Part shown: positions 25,405-40,384 of the stretch, in pieces | Layout of the letters: every line of letters starts with the position of its first letter | Numbering within the stretch: the first letter of the stretch is position 1 | Program-made: the position numbers and the translations under genes | The notes under the pieces: model-generated | The model's database searches: none | What the model was told of the DNA's origin: nothing | Seen by the model: only the letters and a program-made list of their open reading frames with translations | From: Lytechinus pictus | Lineage: Eukaryota | Direction: 5' to 3' | NCBI RefSeq assembly: GCF_037042905.1 | Contig: NC_087250.1 | Span: forward strand, 23,438,001 to 23,502,000 | Length of the DNA: 64,000 bases

Positions 25405-25593
25405 CTGGGGGCCATTTCATAAAACTGATTGTAAGTTAAGAGCAACTTTAAGAACGACTGGTGATCCTTTCTTGTGGTAAATGATATTAGCCATTCAATG
25501 TTCATTGGTGATTATTTAGAGCATAAGAAAGGATCACCAGTCGTTCTTAAAGTCACTCTTAACTTACCAACTGCTTTATGAAACATCCACCAG
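25405..25593. mobile_element. Palindromic MITE
   Basis: ACTTTAAGAACGACTGGTGATCCTTTCTT / AAGAAAGGATCACCAGTCGTTCTTAAAGT within inverted arms of about 70 bp. Confidence 0.85.
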
Positions 25594-26430
25594 ATTTATA
25601 GAATAATGTGATTAGGCACTCTGCAGCAATTAATATTCTTGAAATGCATTGCCAAGAGCGATCCCTTTTTAAAACCACATTTATATTACAGGGAAATGGA
25701 AATTCCTAGAAGAATATGACTAAGGGGGTGAATTCTAGTTTTAAAAGTGCAGTCCAATTTACAAGAAATTTGAAAGAAAAGTTTGCAGAAGTCTTGAATT
25801 GCTTATAAAACGGTTACTTTTACACAGGGATGGCATACAACATTTTCAAACAGTATTCTAATGATCACTAAAAAGATAGTTTGGTGGTTATTTTACTCGC
25901 ATTGTACATTTCACCTACATGTATTACCAAATGCAAAGAATAAATTCATTTTTGTTTACAAGATGTATTTCCACCAAACTTGCATTTAGGTCACCATGTT
26001 TCTATCTTATCTTATCCATGTTGATATGTACCATAATAAGAGCAGGACATAGTATTATGTGATTATTTACATTTCGTTCTTTGGACTCTACTTGCACTAC
26101 AATCTACAATGATTTTTCTTCTGTTGTTGTTATTGCTGTTGTTGATATATCGTTGTTCTTGATATGGAAATTGAAAAAAAATAAAGATTCATTCAACATA
26201 GTAAAACTGCAAAAAAAAGAATCAGTTGGCCTCACTTTTAGCTTTATTTCAAAAAGCAGTAAATAAAATATTTCCATCTAAGCTTGAATAACAATCACAG
26301 TACGCATCTTCCTAAAACACCCAGACAAAGCAGAACAAGGGGAGAGATAATAAGAGATACCTGACAAATGTTGATTTTGAGATAACCTTCATTATATACA
26401 CTGACAGTTTGATCCCACACCTCCCATCCA

Positions 26431-26767
26431 GGGGGGCACTTCAGGGAACAAATAGACAGTGATTATCACTGGTTATTCGTTAAAAGCTACTGATATCCTT
26501 GCATCTGATTGGCTCAGAGGAAAGTTGTCAATGACAAGATGCTTTGTGAAGCACTCCCCAGGCTCTCTGCAGCAATGACCTTTGACCTTTAGATCCAGGT
26601 CATGTTCATGTGGTTAGTAAGATCAAGCTTGGAAAAGCTGGGGTGAATCTCATGAAGAGATTTACCAGTGGATTTCAATGACAGCTGTTATAAGCTACTG
26701 AAATGCTTGCACGTGATTGGCTGATAGCACATTTGTCACTGAAAAGGTTTTTCATGAAATGCTCCCC
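26431..26767. mobile_element. Two adjacent MITEs of the GCATCTGATTGGCTGA family
   Basis: Copies at about 26431-26560 and 26640-26767 share AAGCTACTGA.AT.CTTGCA..TGATTGGCT. Confidence 0.75.
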
Positions 26768-28354
26768 ATTGGTGTGGTCATAAATCAGAGGCCCATTACG
26801 ACTGTGTTTGGCGCTTTGGGAAAACAGGGCATTCCTCATGAGCGCAATTTCTTGGCATGTTGTGGGCATTTTGAGGTCCTTTGTGATTTATCAAGAGATG
26901 ATAATATGCTGGAGCAGTTTTTTTTTTCATAGAGTATCTGCATCTAGGGTTGTGGGTAGGGGTGTTAATGCTAAGGGAATGTAGGAGGTGTTTTGAACTG
27001 GTGAGCTTGGTTAGGGAGAAAGAGGAAGGAGAAAGATGATGAGGAAGAGGAAGAAGAAGGGGAAGAGGATCGGGGTGAAAGAGAGGGGAGGGGGAAGAGA
27101 GGAGAAGATGGAAAATGAAATGAGGACAATCATGAATCACCCCCCCCCCCTCAAATAAATTATACATTGTAATGTGCTGAAAGACATTGTTTGATGTATT
27201 GAATACTAATATTAAACATATTATACTCATAATTATTTTAACAAATTTACCTAGAAAGTAATTTCTAAAATCATACTTCACAAGCTTGCCTACTAGATCC
27301 CTGAGTCGAGAGTTGTCATGGAAAGGACTGAATATAATGTATATCAGTTAGTTTAAACTTGGGGAAAATCACCCCTAAACAAAGTGACAATTAGTCCTTA
27401 CCTTCTTTTCCTTTCTGAAAGATTTTCACAACTCTTTTCTTCTTGGTCAAACAACCAACTCACTATCTCTATCATCACACAATATTATTTTTCATCTCAT
27501 AAAAAACTTTTCCCTACCCAATTTATGGTCACAAAGGGCAGTAAGAGCAGACATTTATCACTTCTCTGAGACCAGTTAGGCCCCTTTGGACATGTTATTT
27601 ATGAGTTTACAGAGTACCAGTCTGAGCCTTTGATAACAGAAACAACACTTGGGAAAGCAAATGAAAATGGACTTGACTTCTGGCATTTGGAAGGAGAGAA
27701 GCTCCACGTTTGAGGTCACAAAAATTGATAATATGCATAGGAAATAGGCATACACAATTGAAAGTACAAAGATATTGGGTAGAAGTGTATTTCCAGGAGC
27801 TAGTGTGTAAACAAAATAAAGGCATACATCAGGCTCACAGCAATCGGGCAAACCAATGTCATGCAATACAGAATAGAGAGATCTTTTCACATTGCATTTT
27901 AAGTTGGTCAATCGTTCTGTGCTAAATTGTAGTTTGAACAATTATTCACAATAATTATGAGATATGATTTATTATCTACCATAATCAATTAGCAGGGAAC
28001 TCAAGGCACCATGTAAAAATCACTTTTTTCAAATTTATAGGAATGTCTTAATTAAAAAAAAATTAATTCAACTGTAATGCTGTTAAAGGCCTATATATTT
28101 AACCTTCACTTTCAGGAACACTCAATAAACCATCTGTCCTGCGAGTCTAACCCTAAAACCTCAATCATAACAAAATATCAACTTGAGAAGTGCAATTACC
28201 CCACTTCACGCTCTTAACAATTCAATTTTTATGCAGGTGGCGAAAAAAAAAATCCTAAAATCTTATCACAATGGAAAAAGTTACACCTAGAATATTCAAC
28301 ACATCATCATCAAGCCTACAAGCCGGTTTCTCTCTCCCCCTTATTCTTGCCCCG

Positions 28355-28392
28355 AGGTCGTCCGAGGTCAATTTCATGACCTAATGGGGTCA
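28355..28392. promoter_or_regulatory. Nuclear-receptor half-site cluster (DR4 + IR6 + ER4)
   Basis: AGGTCG-tccg-AGGTCA-atttca-TGACCT-aatg-GGGTCA. Confidence 0.45.
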
Positions 28393-30539
28393 AGCTTATT
28401 TGCGGTCATTGTGCTTGAGCTTCGGTATGAAGCGTTTAAAGATGCATTAAAAATTGGAGGGTTTTAAAAGGGATTGGTTTCTATTCAAATAGCGTTGTAT
28501 GGATATTTCTTGAAAAACATTGATTTTTACATGCGGTAATTATATTTGAGGTGACACGAGTATAAAGGGTTTGGATTTGTGCAGGTTTTGATAAAACTCA
28601 GGTGTTTTGTTTGTATACAAGGATCTGAGCTGATGGTGGATGGACAACTTTGTTAACAGGTAAAGTTATGTATTTTTGTTGAGATTTTTCTCACTTCTGA
28701 TTTCTAATGGTTGCCCCCCCCCCAAAAAAAAAAAAGGCCAAACAGATAAAAGTATTGCTAGTAGTAGCAAGATCATATTTCACTCTATTAAATCAAAGAA
28801 TTTCAATTCTTATTTGTTGTATTCTTTTGAAAAAACCTATCCAACTATTCATACCATAAAAAGGCCCCCCCCCCCCCCCCACTTTCCCCACCTATCTCTC
28901 CCTCATTCTCTTTCTCTCTACCTCTTGCTCTTTCTTTCTCTTTGGTAAATTAAAATTGATCAATCAATCAAGCAATGGATATGGATCATTTCTTCTTTAT
29001 CTTATTCATGTTCTCATTATCATTAGGGGCCTTTATTTTGTTGTCTTTCACATTCTTGGTCCTATGCCCCCCTCCCCCCCCCCCCCCCCAGCTACACCTC
29101 TCCTCTCCATTTTCGTTTCATCCACATCATTCCAGAAAAGATACAAGCATTATTTGGTCTCTGTTTGGCATCCAAGCTCAGAAGAATAGATCAGCTCTAC
29201 AGTACATAACACAATCATATCTTAAAAACTATCTTTCATCTGCCTTGATTCATTGATGATAACAGATTTTGCTTGGATTATTCCATTAATGATCTATCGA
29301 CCCTCTGGGAGAGTGCATTGTGGGTAATCCTTTCTTTTAGTTATAGCTTCAGGCGAATTAGAATATTGACAAAATATAGGCCTGCTCCACTAAAAAGAAT
29401 CAACATAATCAACGATAAAAAAGATAAGGAAGGTTGTGTCATAACTTCTAATCAATGTCGGGACAAGAATGCATGATTTTAATTTACTTTGGGTTCTTGT
29501 TATATAAATGAGGTACCCCTCTATTTTTGCTCCCCCCCCCCCCACCTCATTTCCTTCCTTTTCTACTTTTCTTAAATTTCAATTGAAAATATAACACACA
29601 CCCCTTGCCTCAACCTTTCATTTTCTCTCTCTCTCCTTACACTTATCTCTTTCTTTTCCATCCCCTATACCCCTTTCCTAACCCCCCCCCCCCCCCCGCC
29701 ATGACACCTACTTTAATCTTTTCAATGCCACGCTTGTATTGTGTGTACACATGCAATCATATCTGATTATTTTCATTTTGACACATGCATTCACTTCATT
29801 ATCTTTGTTCCAATAAAAGTTTGATCTTTAAAAGTCTTTTGTTTAAAAATTATTGAATAGATCTTGTTTTTGGTAGAATCAATGTATTGACTTTAATTGA
29901 CTGGAATTGCAATCAATAAACTTGAATTTTATAGACCGAACGAATGATTGTGTTCCGATAACAGTTATGTCTGTATGTGTAGTGCTTGTTTGCCACACAT
30001 CAAAACATTAATCCAGGCAAACTTTCTACTCCCCTTCGCAACGCCTCACCTCCTCTCCAAAAATATATCTGGCCTGAAAATATCTCTATCTCTGAAGTTG
30101 TGTATATTTGTGAAATATTCATTTATTTCCATGTTTCTTATTACTTCACTCATCTTTGATCTTGATTTTCTCTACATTTCTGGTATAATATTCATTTCTT
30201 ACGATTAAGTTTGCCTGCACTTTTGAAATTTTCAATATTTTTGTATAATTATATTCATCACGTTTCATTTGGCAACTCACGCTGCACATACAAAACTGCA
30301 TTCAAAGAAATCAACGCATTAATCAGGCTAATACATATAAAGCAATCAGCAAGTATAAAAAGATCATGACATGGAGATAACCACGATGCACGCTCTTTTT
30401 ATAAAGATGAGCAGTCGAGCAGACAAATCTATATTGTTAAGCAGACTTTTGTCATATTCTGAACAAAAATCCCCGGGATATTGAACTCATCCGTGACTCA
30501 TGCTTCTACTGCTTGAGGTAGAATGATAACATGAATATG

Positions 30540-30735
30540 TTTTGCTATATACTTCTGTCTGTGAGAGGGATGTCTGTTCACATATTGGTTGTATTCAATT
30601 AAAACTTTTTAACTTACAAACACATATTTTCAAATTCATTTTTATAAAGGCCTACTTCTGTCTATGGTAGCGATTGCTGTTCACATACTGATTGCATTCA
30701 ACTAAAACTTTTTACCACACAAACACATTTTCAAA
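30540..30735. repeat. ~105-bp tandem duplication
   Basis: TACTTCTGTCT...CTGTTCACATA.TG.TTG.ATTCAA.TAAAACTTTTTA occurs twice. Confidence 0.75.
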
Positions 30736-32341
30736 GACACCTAAGTTTTGCATTTTGCTGTACTCCTACAGTGATTACAATTAAGATAAGATGCATTCAA
30801 TCTCAACCAGTTTATCATGCAAACACGATTCAAAAATATTAATAGATATGTTGTATGTTATACTATATAAGCCTACCACTGCATACTTTTGTATGAATAC
30901 ACATAACAAAATAACTGACTCTTTTGAAAATGAGTGACCTCCCCTTTAAAACGGACATTCTATTTAAAAAGGGAGCTCATGCATTCTCAATAGCCTTATA
31001 GTGCAGCTTCTTGATCCCAGTCTTCGGTCATAAATAACCTACAACTATCAAGTACACAGGGCCAATGGCAAAGCGATCCCTCATGCAATATAACAAACTA
31101 TCTCATATTTTTGCACAAGCATGGCTGGGGTGAACCCATGCGTTATGAATGACCGAAATTGGACAAAAGCAGCGAAAACAACAGAGAGAATGGGAAGAAG
31201 AAAGGGGGAAGAGCGGACGAAAATGAGATCAGCTCGGAAAGAAAGGAGGGCAAGGAATCGCCCTCAGGTGGAATCATGATTCACAAATTGAAAAAAATAT
31301 TACCATCACGACCATCATCGGCATAGCACAGATATTGGGCCTATCTTGCCATGCAGTGCTATATTTATGCCTATCAAATGCTTCTTCCTTACATGGGGGA
31401 ATATCTTTAAGGCTATTCCCCCACATTGTACTCTGAATATTGCTTGTTTTGTACAAATTTTGCCCTTTATTCTGACGAAATAAATAGATAGTTAGAAAGG
31501 AGCTCCGCCAGGGGGAATTAGAGCACAAAAATATGATATTTACTTGCCTGTGAATAGACAGCTTCATTTAGACTGAGAAAAAGCTTGTTTGTCTCATATT
31601 TTCGAGTATCATTGGATGAAAGTTGCAAAAAGGATTCATAAAGATATCCCTACAGAAATACAAAGCCTAATTTTTGCTCGTTTGAAATGCTAGTAACTAA
31701 ATAATCACCAGTTCGAGCAGTAAATAATACAAATAATATAATGAAGAATGTAACTTGTTAAGTGCCAAATCCACTCTGCAACTGCCTGAAGTGCATCTAG
31801 GAATATTCATCCTCAAAAGTTTGCTCAAAACTTGGATGACCTTGAGAGGGGGTGTTCATCACACAACTCAAGGAATAATAATTGGTGCATTCACATATTA
31901 GATGACCCTCCCCCTTTCACACACACACATAACAATTGAAGATTACTCTCTAAAGTCATAATGCTTATTCCAAAAAGAAAAATGCATCTATTGGGGGCAG
32001 GAAAGAAAAAGAAATCTTTGAAATGTGAATGGACCATGGATCCAATTTACTATAGAACCATTTTCATTATTACGGAGTTTCTCTCTTTCTTGTTGTGATA
32101 TTACTGCAAAGGTCACCAAGATCATCAGATAACCTAGGTTCAAAACTTGTTCTCATTTAATCGCTTAAATCATATCTTGACATGTTATCTCCATGTTAAA
32201 TCGTTTTAATCATAACTTGGAAGAGATAACACGGATGGTTTGTTTAAAATCCTTTTTGAAAATTTGAGCTCCCAATTTACTTCGACATCAATTACGAAGG
32301 AACCTCCAACATCAGGCAAGGTAAGGTATTGGTGTGTGAAC

Positions 32342-32621
32342 TTTAAGGAGAAATGAACTGGTGTAGATAATATAAGTATATTTTCAGTGTCAAAAGGATA
32401 GAGTTGTACATCTTTGACATCACAGATCTTGGTTGCATGGCAATGTGAGGATTTACAAATTACTTAGCATTGGTGATCTCGGCATTTTTTTCAAATGTTC
32501 ATAACTTTCTGATTGTTGGTCCAATTTTACAAAATTTTCCTCAAATTTTTCTTGATCTTATTCTTTGATTTTTCTGCTTTCAAACAAGCTAACCTTCTCC
32601 AAGCGTTTGACTCTCCTTTAA
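32342..32621. mobile_element. Degenerate TTAA-flanked (Kolobok-like) non-autonomous element
   Basis: Right part TCATAACTTTCT.ATTGTT.GTCCAATTTT...CTCCTTTAA is homologous to the ends of 47077-47672 and 56755-57333. Confidence 0.5.
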
Positions 32622-33316
32622 CAGGAAATTTCATTCTACATTGCAATGGAAAATCATAAATCACAAGCAATAACATGCGCAGTATAATAAAAGACCATGG
32701 AACAAAAAACATACCTTCCGCCTCCCCCATCCCCTCACAATGACCAAAAAAAGAAAAGAGAAAAGAGACACATCCCCTAAGCCCTGATATTTGGCAGTTA
32801 TTGATATCTTTATGCAAATTGGAGCTGGTGGCTAGTCTACAGGCACAGACCTTTGGTTTTCGCAATTTGCATAGTGCATAATGCAGAGTCTGAAGGATTG
32901 AGACTAGTTTCACTATCCACTGTGGCTGTCTCTATCAAATATCATTTGACAATGACAGAGAGTTTTGAGTCTAGTCTTTACTCTAGACATGGTATAATTG
33001 GTTTAAATGTCAAATTTGAGTCTGTGCTTGCAGACTAGGTAGTAGCCTAGATAAGGGTTGCAGTGGGTCCCTTGCCTGCCATATATTACCCTAATTGATA
33101 CTGACATCTTGATCAAGGCTCTCTCCAGAACACATCAAGACCCTTTCTTTTCCGCTTCAAGATATTGGGCCTTGGTTTCATTTGATTATTGATATTCTCT
33201 GGTTTTTCTGTTGATAACTTCTGTCACTTACAAATCTTGCACAATAATATGCATTGCATTCATTTTATTTTGGGGGTGTGGGATAATAAGGACCACTATG
33301 AAGAAGTTGTCAGGGT

Positions 33317-33590
33317 CAGGGGCAGATACAGAGGGGCACATTTTCCCCCGAGGAAAATTTTGACAAGCTGTAAAAAACAAATAGCTAAAAATAAGGGTAT
33401 TTAGTCCACGAAAAAAAATTGACAAGCTAAAAAATCAAAAAAGAATTCTACACTTTCAAGGGGGGGGGGGGAACACTCCTGTTTTAATGGCAAGTTTACA
33501 TTTTACAAATTTTAATTGTGCCTCTCAAAAGGGGGGAACGACCGGCTTTGCCCCCCCCCCCCCCCCCACCCCCCTGGATCCGCCCAGTGG
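33317..33590. mobile_element. CAGGGGCGGATCC-type MITE (hAT-like) with poly-G/C tracts
   Basis: CAGGGGCAGATACAG...CCCCTGGATCCGCCCAGTG; related fragment at about 56009-56100. Confidence 0.6.
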
Positions 33591-34164
33591 TCTGGGTGGT
33601 ATGAAAAACCTGTTTATCACTATCAGCATTGGCTTCTTCACAAAAGTCACTTTGCTTTGCATGATACATAACAACTTGCCCAGTTACCACTATTTTGGGG
33701 GATTTCCTATACATCATTAATCATTTTTAATCTGCATGCTATACCTACATATAGGCCTAAAAGTTCATGTTTATGAAGAAATTATCTGCATGGTGGATAC
33801 AACAAAATGACGACCTGTTCAGTTGAGGTCGCTGTATTTTCAGAAAAATCACCTTTACTCTGCATCCTATACTGGGTGGTAAAAGAAATTACACCAGTTT
33901 CTTCAAGGATGCTGTATCTACATGGAGAAGTCACTTTTGCTCTGCATGCTAATATCTACATTGTGTGCACTGTTGGTTGGTTTGCAACGGAAGGATTTGG
34001 GATGGTGTGTGTTTGGAAAGAATTTGAGCCCTGTAATGCTAGATGGGTATGCATAGCCATGCTCTGCTTTGCTTTGTGACATCACAGGTCAAATTCAATC
34101 AGTTGGTCAATTGTTATGATGGTGATGTGAATGCCCAGCTTGGGAGTTTTCTCTTTTTTGTTCT

Positions 34165-34590
34165 TTATTCTTTTATTCATTCCATTCCTTCATTCCTTCA
34201 ATCAATCAATCATTCATTCATTTATTCACCCATTTTATCCATTCATTCATTTCTTCTTTTTTTTTCTTTCATTCAGCCATCCCTTTTTCCATTCATTCCT
34301 TCATTCCTTCATCCAATCATTCCTTCCTTCCTTCCTTCTTTCATTCATTATTTCTTTCTTCCTTTTAATCATCTCTTCATTCATTCATTTATTCATTCAT
34401 TCAATCCTTCATTCATTCCTATATTCCTTCCTTCCTTCCTTCCTTCCTTCATTCCTTCATCCATTCATTCATTCATTCTTTCATTCATTATTTCTTTCTT
34501 ACTTTTAATCATCTCTTCATTCATTCGTTCATTCATTCATTCATTCATTCAATCCTTCATTCATTCCTATATTCATTCATTCATTTTATT
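34165..34590. repeat. Degenerate (CATT)/(CCTT) microsatellite
   Basis: Direct reading; it generates the spurious ORFs 34043..34597 and 34131..34508. Confidence 0.95.
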
Positions 34591-35544
34591 TACTTAATGC
34601 CATCTCGAACCAGGTGGAACCTGCACAAACCCTATGGAAATGACAGAATTCAGTAGTCAAAGTCATAATTTGTCAAAAATAAAAACAGAATTTAGATAAA
34701 AGCCTATACACACTCTAGTAAGGTCATAATCATCATCAACTAGAACATTTGAAAAGAAAATTTGGAAGTTCATAAATCATATTTCAACATGACAACAAGC
34801 AAGGACACCAAACAGACCTAAACATTGCCTAACCGAAAGAAAATCTCACAGAAACCTTGATCATAAGTTCAAAAATAGCATCAAAATCAACTTCTTTTTC
34901 ATTATTTGTAGGTCTTATAGTACATCTGCGTGATTTTGCCAAGGCTGAAGATTTGTGCCAGCTTTTAGACAGGTATTACACCCAATTTTGAAGCTGTTAA
35001 ACTCAAACAAATTCTAAACAGTGATCCCGCATGATTGCACTTGGAATTCCTTCCTGAAAGGAACTTGTAAAAATTCATCTTCGTCTAACAAAAGCGAACT
35101 CTCCATGAGGCCGCCCCCATGGTTTACGCATAATGGTACAAGTATTCTGATTGTAAATTCTTATTTGCTCACATTCTTATATTCATGTTTCATTTTTGTC
35201 CTTAATCGGTAGATAGATACATCAGGCCCTGTCTTACAAAGCATCATGATTGATCTGATCAATCTCGACTCTAAAAAAAAAAGCCAGCAACCAAAACATG
35301 TTTATAACTTTATATTAATGTCTATTTTACTTTATTCTAATACCTCAGTCACATTTGACTGATGTGATGTACCAACTACATACAGGTGGTTTGAATAAAA
35401 ATGAATAAAATTACTGTTTTCAACTTGCCGTAGAGCAAATGTGACTGAGGTATTAATTTCTATGTAGACCTACATGTAGGCACCAGCCAATGTGGAGGAC
35501 CTCTCAAAAGAATTTTCAATTCTTTTCAGTGATCCCTGGCCGTT

Positions 35545-35757
35545 CCATGACATTTGCTCTGGCGACAATTGCTCGGATGGAAAATCTGCATGTTGAGCCA
35601 AACATAAAACTTAACCTCCAAAAGTAGATATAACTAACCCCTAATCCTTATATTCACATTATTCTGAAGCAAAAACGCTATTACAATCCTAACTCTAACC
35701 CTATGCCTTCTGAGAAGACCGGAGCAATCCACGCAGGAGCAAATGTTGTATCATCCC
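35545..35757. mobile_element. MITE with ACATTTGCTC / GAGCAAATGT termini and internal CCCTAA-like repeats
   Basis: ATGACATTTGCTCTGGCGACAATTGCTC vs GGAGCAATCCACGCAGGAGCAAATGTTGT. Confidence 0.6.
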
Positions 35758-38700
35758 AAGACATTGGTTGGTGCTCATTTTCATTCTAATTTTGCAGCAT
35801 TTTTATTGTTCTTGTCATGTTTGCTATGATCTTGCCTAAAAATGGAATAAATTAATTAATAACTAATAAATCATGAATGCATTATGGTTGCTTAAAGCCT
35901 TTACAAATAGGACTTTAAATTAATATAGTCATGAATGCATCATTGTCCTCACAAATCAGTGAGCTCCAGTTTCCCTAATTGACATTGTGCGCATTTCCTA
36001 CATCAAAAAATTATGATATTGACAGAATTTCCATAGATGATATTCAGCAGACAATGGTATATCCCTGTGTAAGACCAGGCAAAGGAACAGAATCATTCAC
36101 TTAATGAGCATTTCACCTAACAGCTTCACAAAATCAAGGCAAAATAAACAACAACGGATCTTGTTGGAATTTCATTTTGTGCAATAAAAAATATCAATTG
36201 ATACTGAAAGCAGATCATTCCATAACTTCAATTTGCCATCTTTTGTCCGAATGCAATTAAAATGTTGACTGCTGTCTGTGAATGACTGCTCCAGATATGG
36301 CGTCAACAGGCAAATAGATGCCAATGATGTGATGGTCCAATTATATCCCCACAATAAAATGGTTTACATCGGTTTATGAGTGCTTAGAAATTGATAATTT
36401 CACTCAAAAACATATAATTGAGTTTTCGGGGTTGGGTGCATGTCGTACGCACTCTAGATGTATGTATTTCTACCATAAATGCAGTCCCTTTTTATGAGCA
36501 TTATGAAAAATATATTTGCATTTCTGTACCCCCCCCCCCACCCTACTCTAAGTCCTATTCAAATATTCATAGATAGTTATTACCTGCGTAAATCTTTATC
36601 CTTGGAGTTTCTTTGTTGTTTGTGTGTGTTCTGACATTCTGTTTGGCAACTTCATGTCTTTTTTTAATATGTTATAGGCCTATCCTATATTTTTTTAATT
36701 GCCTGCTTGACTGGGGTTCTGGGGGGGGTTCCGGTTTTGAGAGGGGCATGGTCGACATTTCTTGTGTTATGTGTCTGTGTCTGCATTGCTTTTGTTGCTA
36801 CTACTGCTGCTACTGGCATTGTTGATGATTTGGGTTTTAAGGGGTATGCCCTACTTCATTCAGAAAACTTTAAAATACAATAATTTTGGTATTTGTTATT
36901 AGATTTTGATGAAATTTTCAGCCTTTTGCTTGGTGATTTTTAATCTTTTTATTTAGATATATTCATCTACGGTATACTATGTAGTACCGTTTTAATGTAA
37001 AAATATGAAAAATATGATTAAAATCAAATTATAGGTTTTGATAATTTCTTTGGAGGAAATAATAAAATGAAATGAAAGCAAACGGAGCCTGTTACAACTC
37101 TGTTTGATGAATGAACATATTGAATACATTATTCAATGCCCAGGCATTTTATTTTCTAATGCCTCAATCCTTGACCAATCACATCTAACCAAATGACCAT
37201 TATATCTATCCAGGAAGCAAAAAGTATTAGTTAATAATGTCCTAGAACATTCCAGTCATGGATAATAATGAATTCATCATGAAATAATTTTAGCTATGGT
37301 AGTAAAGATAAATGTTAGCTGGCTCCAGACAGCTTTTCCTTCAAACTCCAAAACATTTGTTTCTCATTCTTATGAAATAAATCATCAATGATTACCTAAC
37401 CTTGTAAAATGCCTATAAAGATGCAATCAGTGTTAAAACTGATATCCACTACAAGTCCTACTAACAGGAGAAAAAAACATATTTTACAGTAGGCCTAAAA
37501 ATATTTTTATATAATATTTCTTTGCATTATTACATGGGTCGGTTGTCAATGTCAATCTATAAGAAATTAAAAAGATCTAAATTCTCATTTAACAATAGCA
37601 TAAAATCTTTTGGAATGTTAGCCAGGTGCCATCTAAGTCCACTCCCTTCCCCCCTTTAAAAAATAAAAAACTAACATCAACCCTTATTATATTTTCATTA
37701 CAAGAAGTCCTACTCCTACATAAAGATGAGCACTGCAGGGCCTATTATAAGCAGAGTAATCTCTCTCTACCAAACTTTTCAATGCTAAGAACCTTCTCAG
37801 AACATTCAAGATGGATATACCCCACCCCCCTCCCCCTCCCCCCCCCCCCCAGGGACCCCAAAATAAATAAATAAAGTGAGAGGTAGAAATGAAAATGTGC
37901 ACATTGCAAATATCCTGTTGTAGGGCTATATTTTTCACTGTACCACACCTGTGCAGCCTTTCAACACATAAACTGTGTGCATCTGCTGCCTTCAGAAGGG
38001 CAATAGCTCTGTGTAATAGTCAATGCTAACGACCTTCTGCTTGTACTATCCCGTGCTGTCCTTTTAATGTCAAACTAGAAGTTTACAACCCTTCTGTTTG
38101 GCACTTTATGGTCCTTCCAGCCTGATTGAAATATAACAGATCTTCCTCCTCGCATTCCTTCCCAGCTTTTCATCTTTTCCTTGGAATTTTATTCAATATT
38201 TTGGTTATTATTCCTTCAAATAAAACTTATAAAAATAAAGCCATGCAGCTGACATGTTTAAAGGGAAGATTTTATTTCGTTGAAAGCGAAAATTTTGCTT
38301 CTTTATTTAGCACCTTATGAAAGTGCAAATCCCACAGAAATACACTTAAACCAGACATCACTAAGTCAAGGCACCATCCAAGAGTCCCATGAATTCAAAA
38401 TCATGTACCCTTCAGCAAATGCTACATGCAGTCCCACATGCTTAAATCCATGTAAGTATTGCACAGAGAGCCCCATTCAGTGTGTCTTGGTATGCCCCCA
38501 TGCTATTGCCATCATCGCTGCCAACAGTCCCACACATTAAGATACAATGTCCTCTTTCATTCCGAGGCCAATTGACGTTGATCATAAGTGATGACACTAT
38601 TTACAGCTCTAGAGATCTCGCCCCTCCTGAAGAGCATTTCATCAACCAAAGTAGTCAGTGACTGTTGTTATAAGCTTCTGAAATCCTTGCATTTGATTGG

Positions 38701-39701
38701 TTCAGAGAAAATTTGTTACTGTTAGTAAAAAGCGGTGACTGTTCGTTCCATGAAACACACCTCTTGTTTAGCCAAGCCAGATAGGAATCACATCAACGCT
38801 GCTTCAAGTTCAGCTATGTCTGTATTAATGAGCCAACTGGCATATCCATCTACTACCAACTTTCCTAATCTGAAACATATTACATCAATCTTCATCTTAA
38901 AGACTGCATGGCCAAAGCTTTGGTAAAAAGGCAGTAATGTGAACTTTAGGCCTACTTGAGTGTCATCTCACATTTTAATATTGCAAAAGTGTTGAGGTCA
39001 TTTTTTTTTCAGTTATTTGAATTCAGACGTCTTATTTTTTCAGCTGTTATATTTTAATTTTGGCATCTCGTAACCTCACCCAGTATTGATTTATTTTTAT
39101 TACAAATGATACCCCCTTGAGCACTTACTTTACAAATTTAGTAATTGGATAATAGAAGGTACAGAAAAGGATAATACCCTGAAATTGTAAGCCCATTCAA
39201 TGCTCAAGAAAGGGTTTCATACAAACAGAACAAAATAAGATTTTAAAGAATTTCTCTTCCAATAACCTCCTGAAGACTAAGATTTTCATCAGATAGTTCA
39301 CAAGCAATCTTGAAGTGGGAAGATGTAAAAATATGAATGTTATTTCCTTCTAGTAAAAATATTTTTACAGCGCAATTGCAGATCCAGGATTTCAAAATAG
39401 ATTGGGTGCAAAAAGCAGAGTAAGGGAGCATAAATGACAATTTTTTTTTTTGGGGGGGGAGATTTCAATATTAAAAGCCAGCATGCCCCTCGCGTCCCCA
39501 CCTCAATATAACCACTGATATGTCCTTGTTCACATGAGATAATTTACAAGCAAACTTTAGATGAATAGGTGATGGGAATACAAATTATGTTTTCTAAACC
39601 TGAGTACAGAGGTTTTTTTAATCTTATACAATATTCTTTGGTATGCATGCCAATGGTCTTGCCACTACGTGAGCTCAACATACTAGATGGAATCACATCT
39701 C

Positions 39702-39829
39702 GATCCTGCAACACAAAGGTTAGCGATTAATCATACGCTTGATTTTTACGATCGATTGTACATTGTAGCCAATGCGATCAATCATAGAAAAATGTTCTAC
39801 CATCATTGCTAAGCTTTGTGTTACGGGCC
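39702..39829. mobile_element. MITE (GGGCCCGTRACACAAAG family)
   Basis: Same orientation and sequence family as 1530-1658. Confidence 0.8.
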
Positions 39830-40384
39830 AATGATGTATAAATGTGAATGCACCCAACAAATAAATTACATTCTGTAATTCAAGGTTAAATACTGGGCTG
39901 ACCAAGGAGGAAGGAAGATCGCGCTGTCTTCCCCATCTTGTCATTTTTTTTTCTGTCTTTCTTTTCCTCTTTCATAAATCTGATCTATTCTCCATAACTT
40001 CATAAATCCATACCAGAAGTATCTTTAAAGGGAAGCACCCGGTCATGTTAATTCCATTTCAATAATGCAGACAAATCGTAAGACATACCAGAGACTGATT
40101 GCCCATACCAGAGAATGATTGCCCATTAATGTTGTGGCAGCAAGAGAGGATGGGGGTACAATGACCCCCCCCCCACCTTCCCCCTCCCGCTCCCTCTCCA
40201 ATTGGCTGCTATACAAAATTCAAAATTCACTTCCAATAAAAAAATAATAATGTCGCCTGTAGCCATATGCAACTATACAACAAGTAGCCCCTACAGCATT
40301 CTCTGTTTTGAAAATAATAATAAAAGTATAGTAACATGAGAACCACATCAGTATATCCCTTTAAAAAAATTGAAATTTTATATT

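Noticed and set aside
34043..34597. 184-aa and 125-aa ORFs
   Set aside because: Low-complexity CATT/CCTT microsatellite translations.
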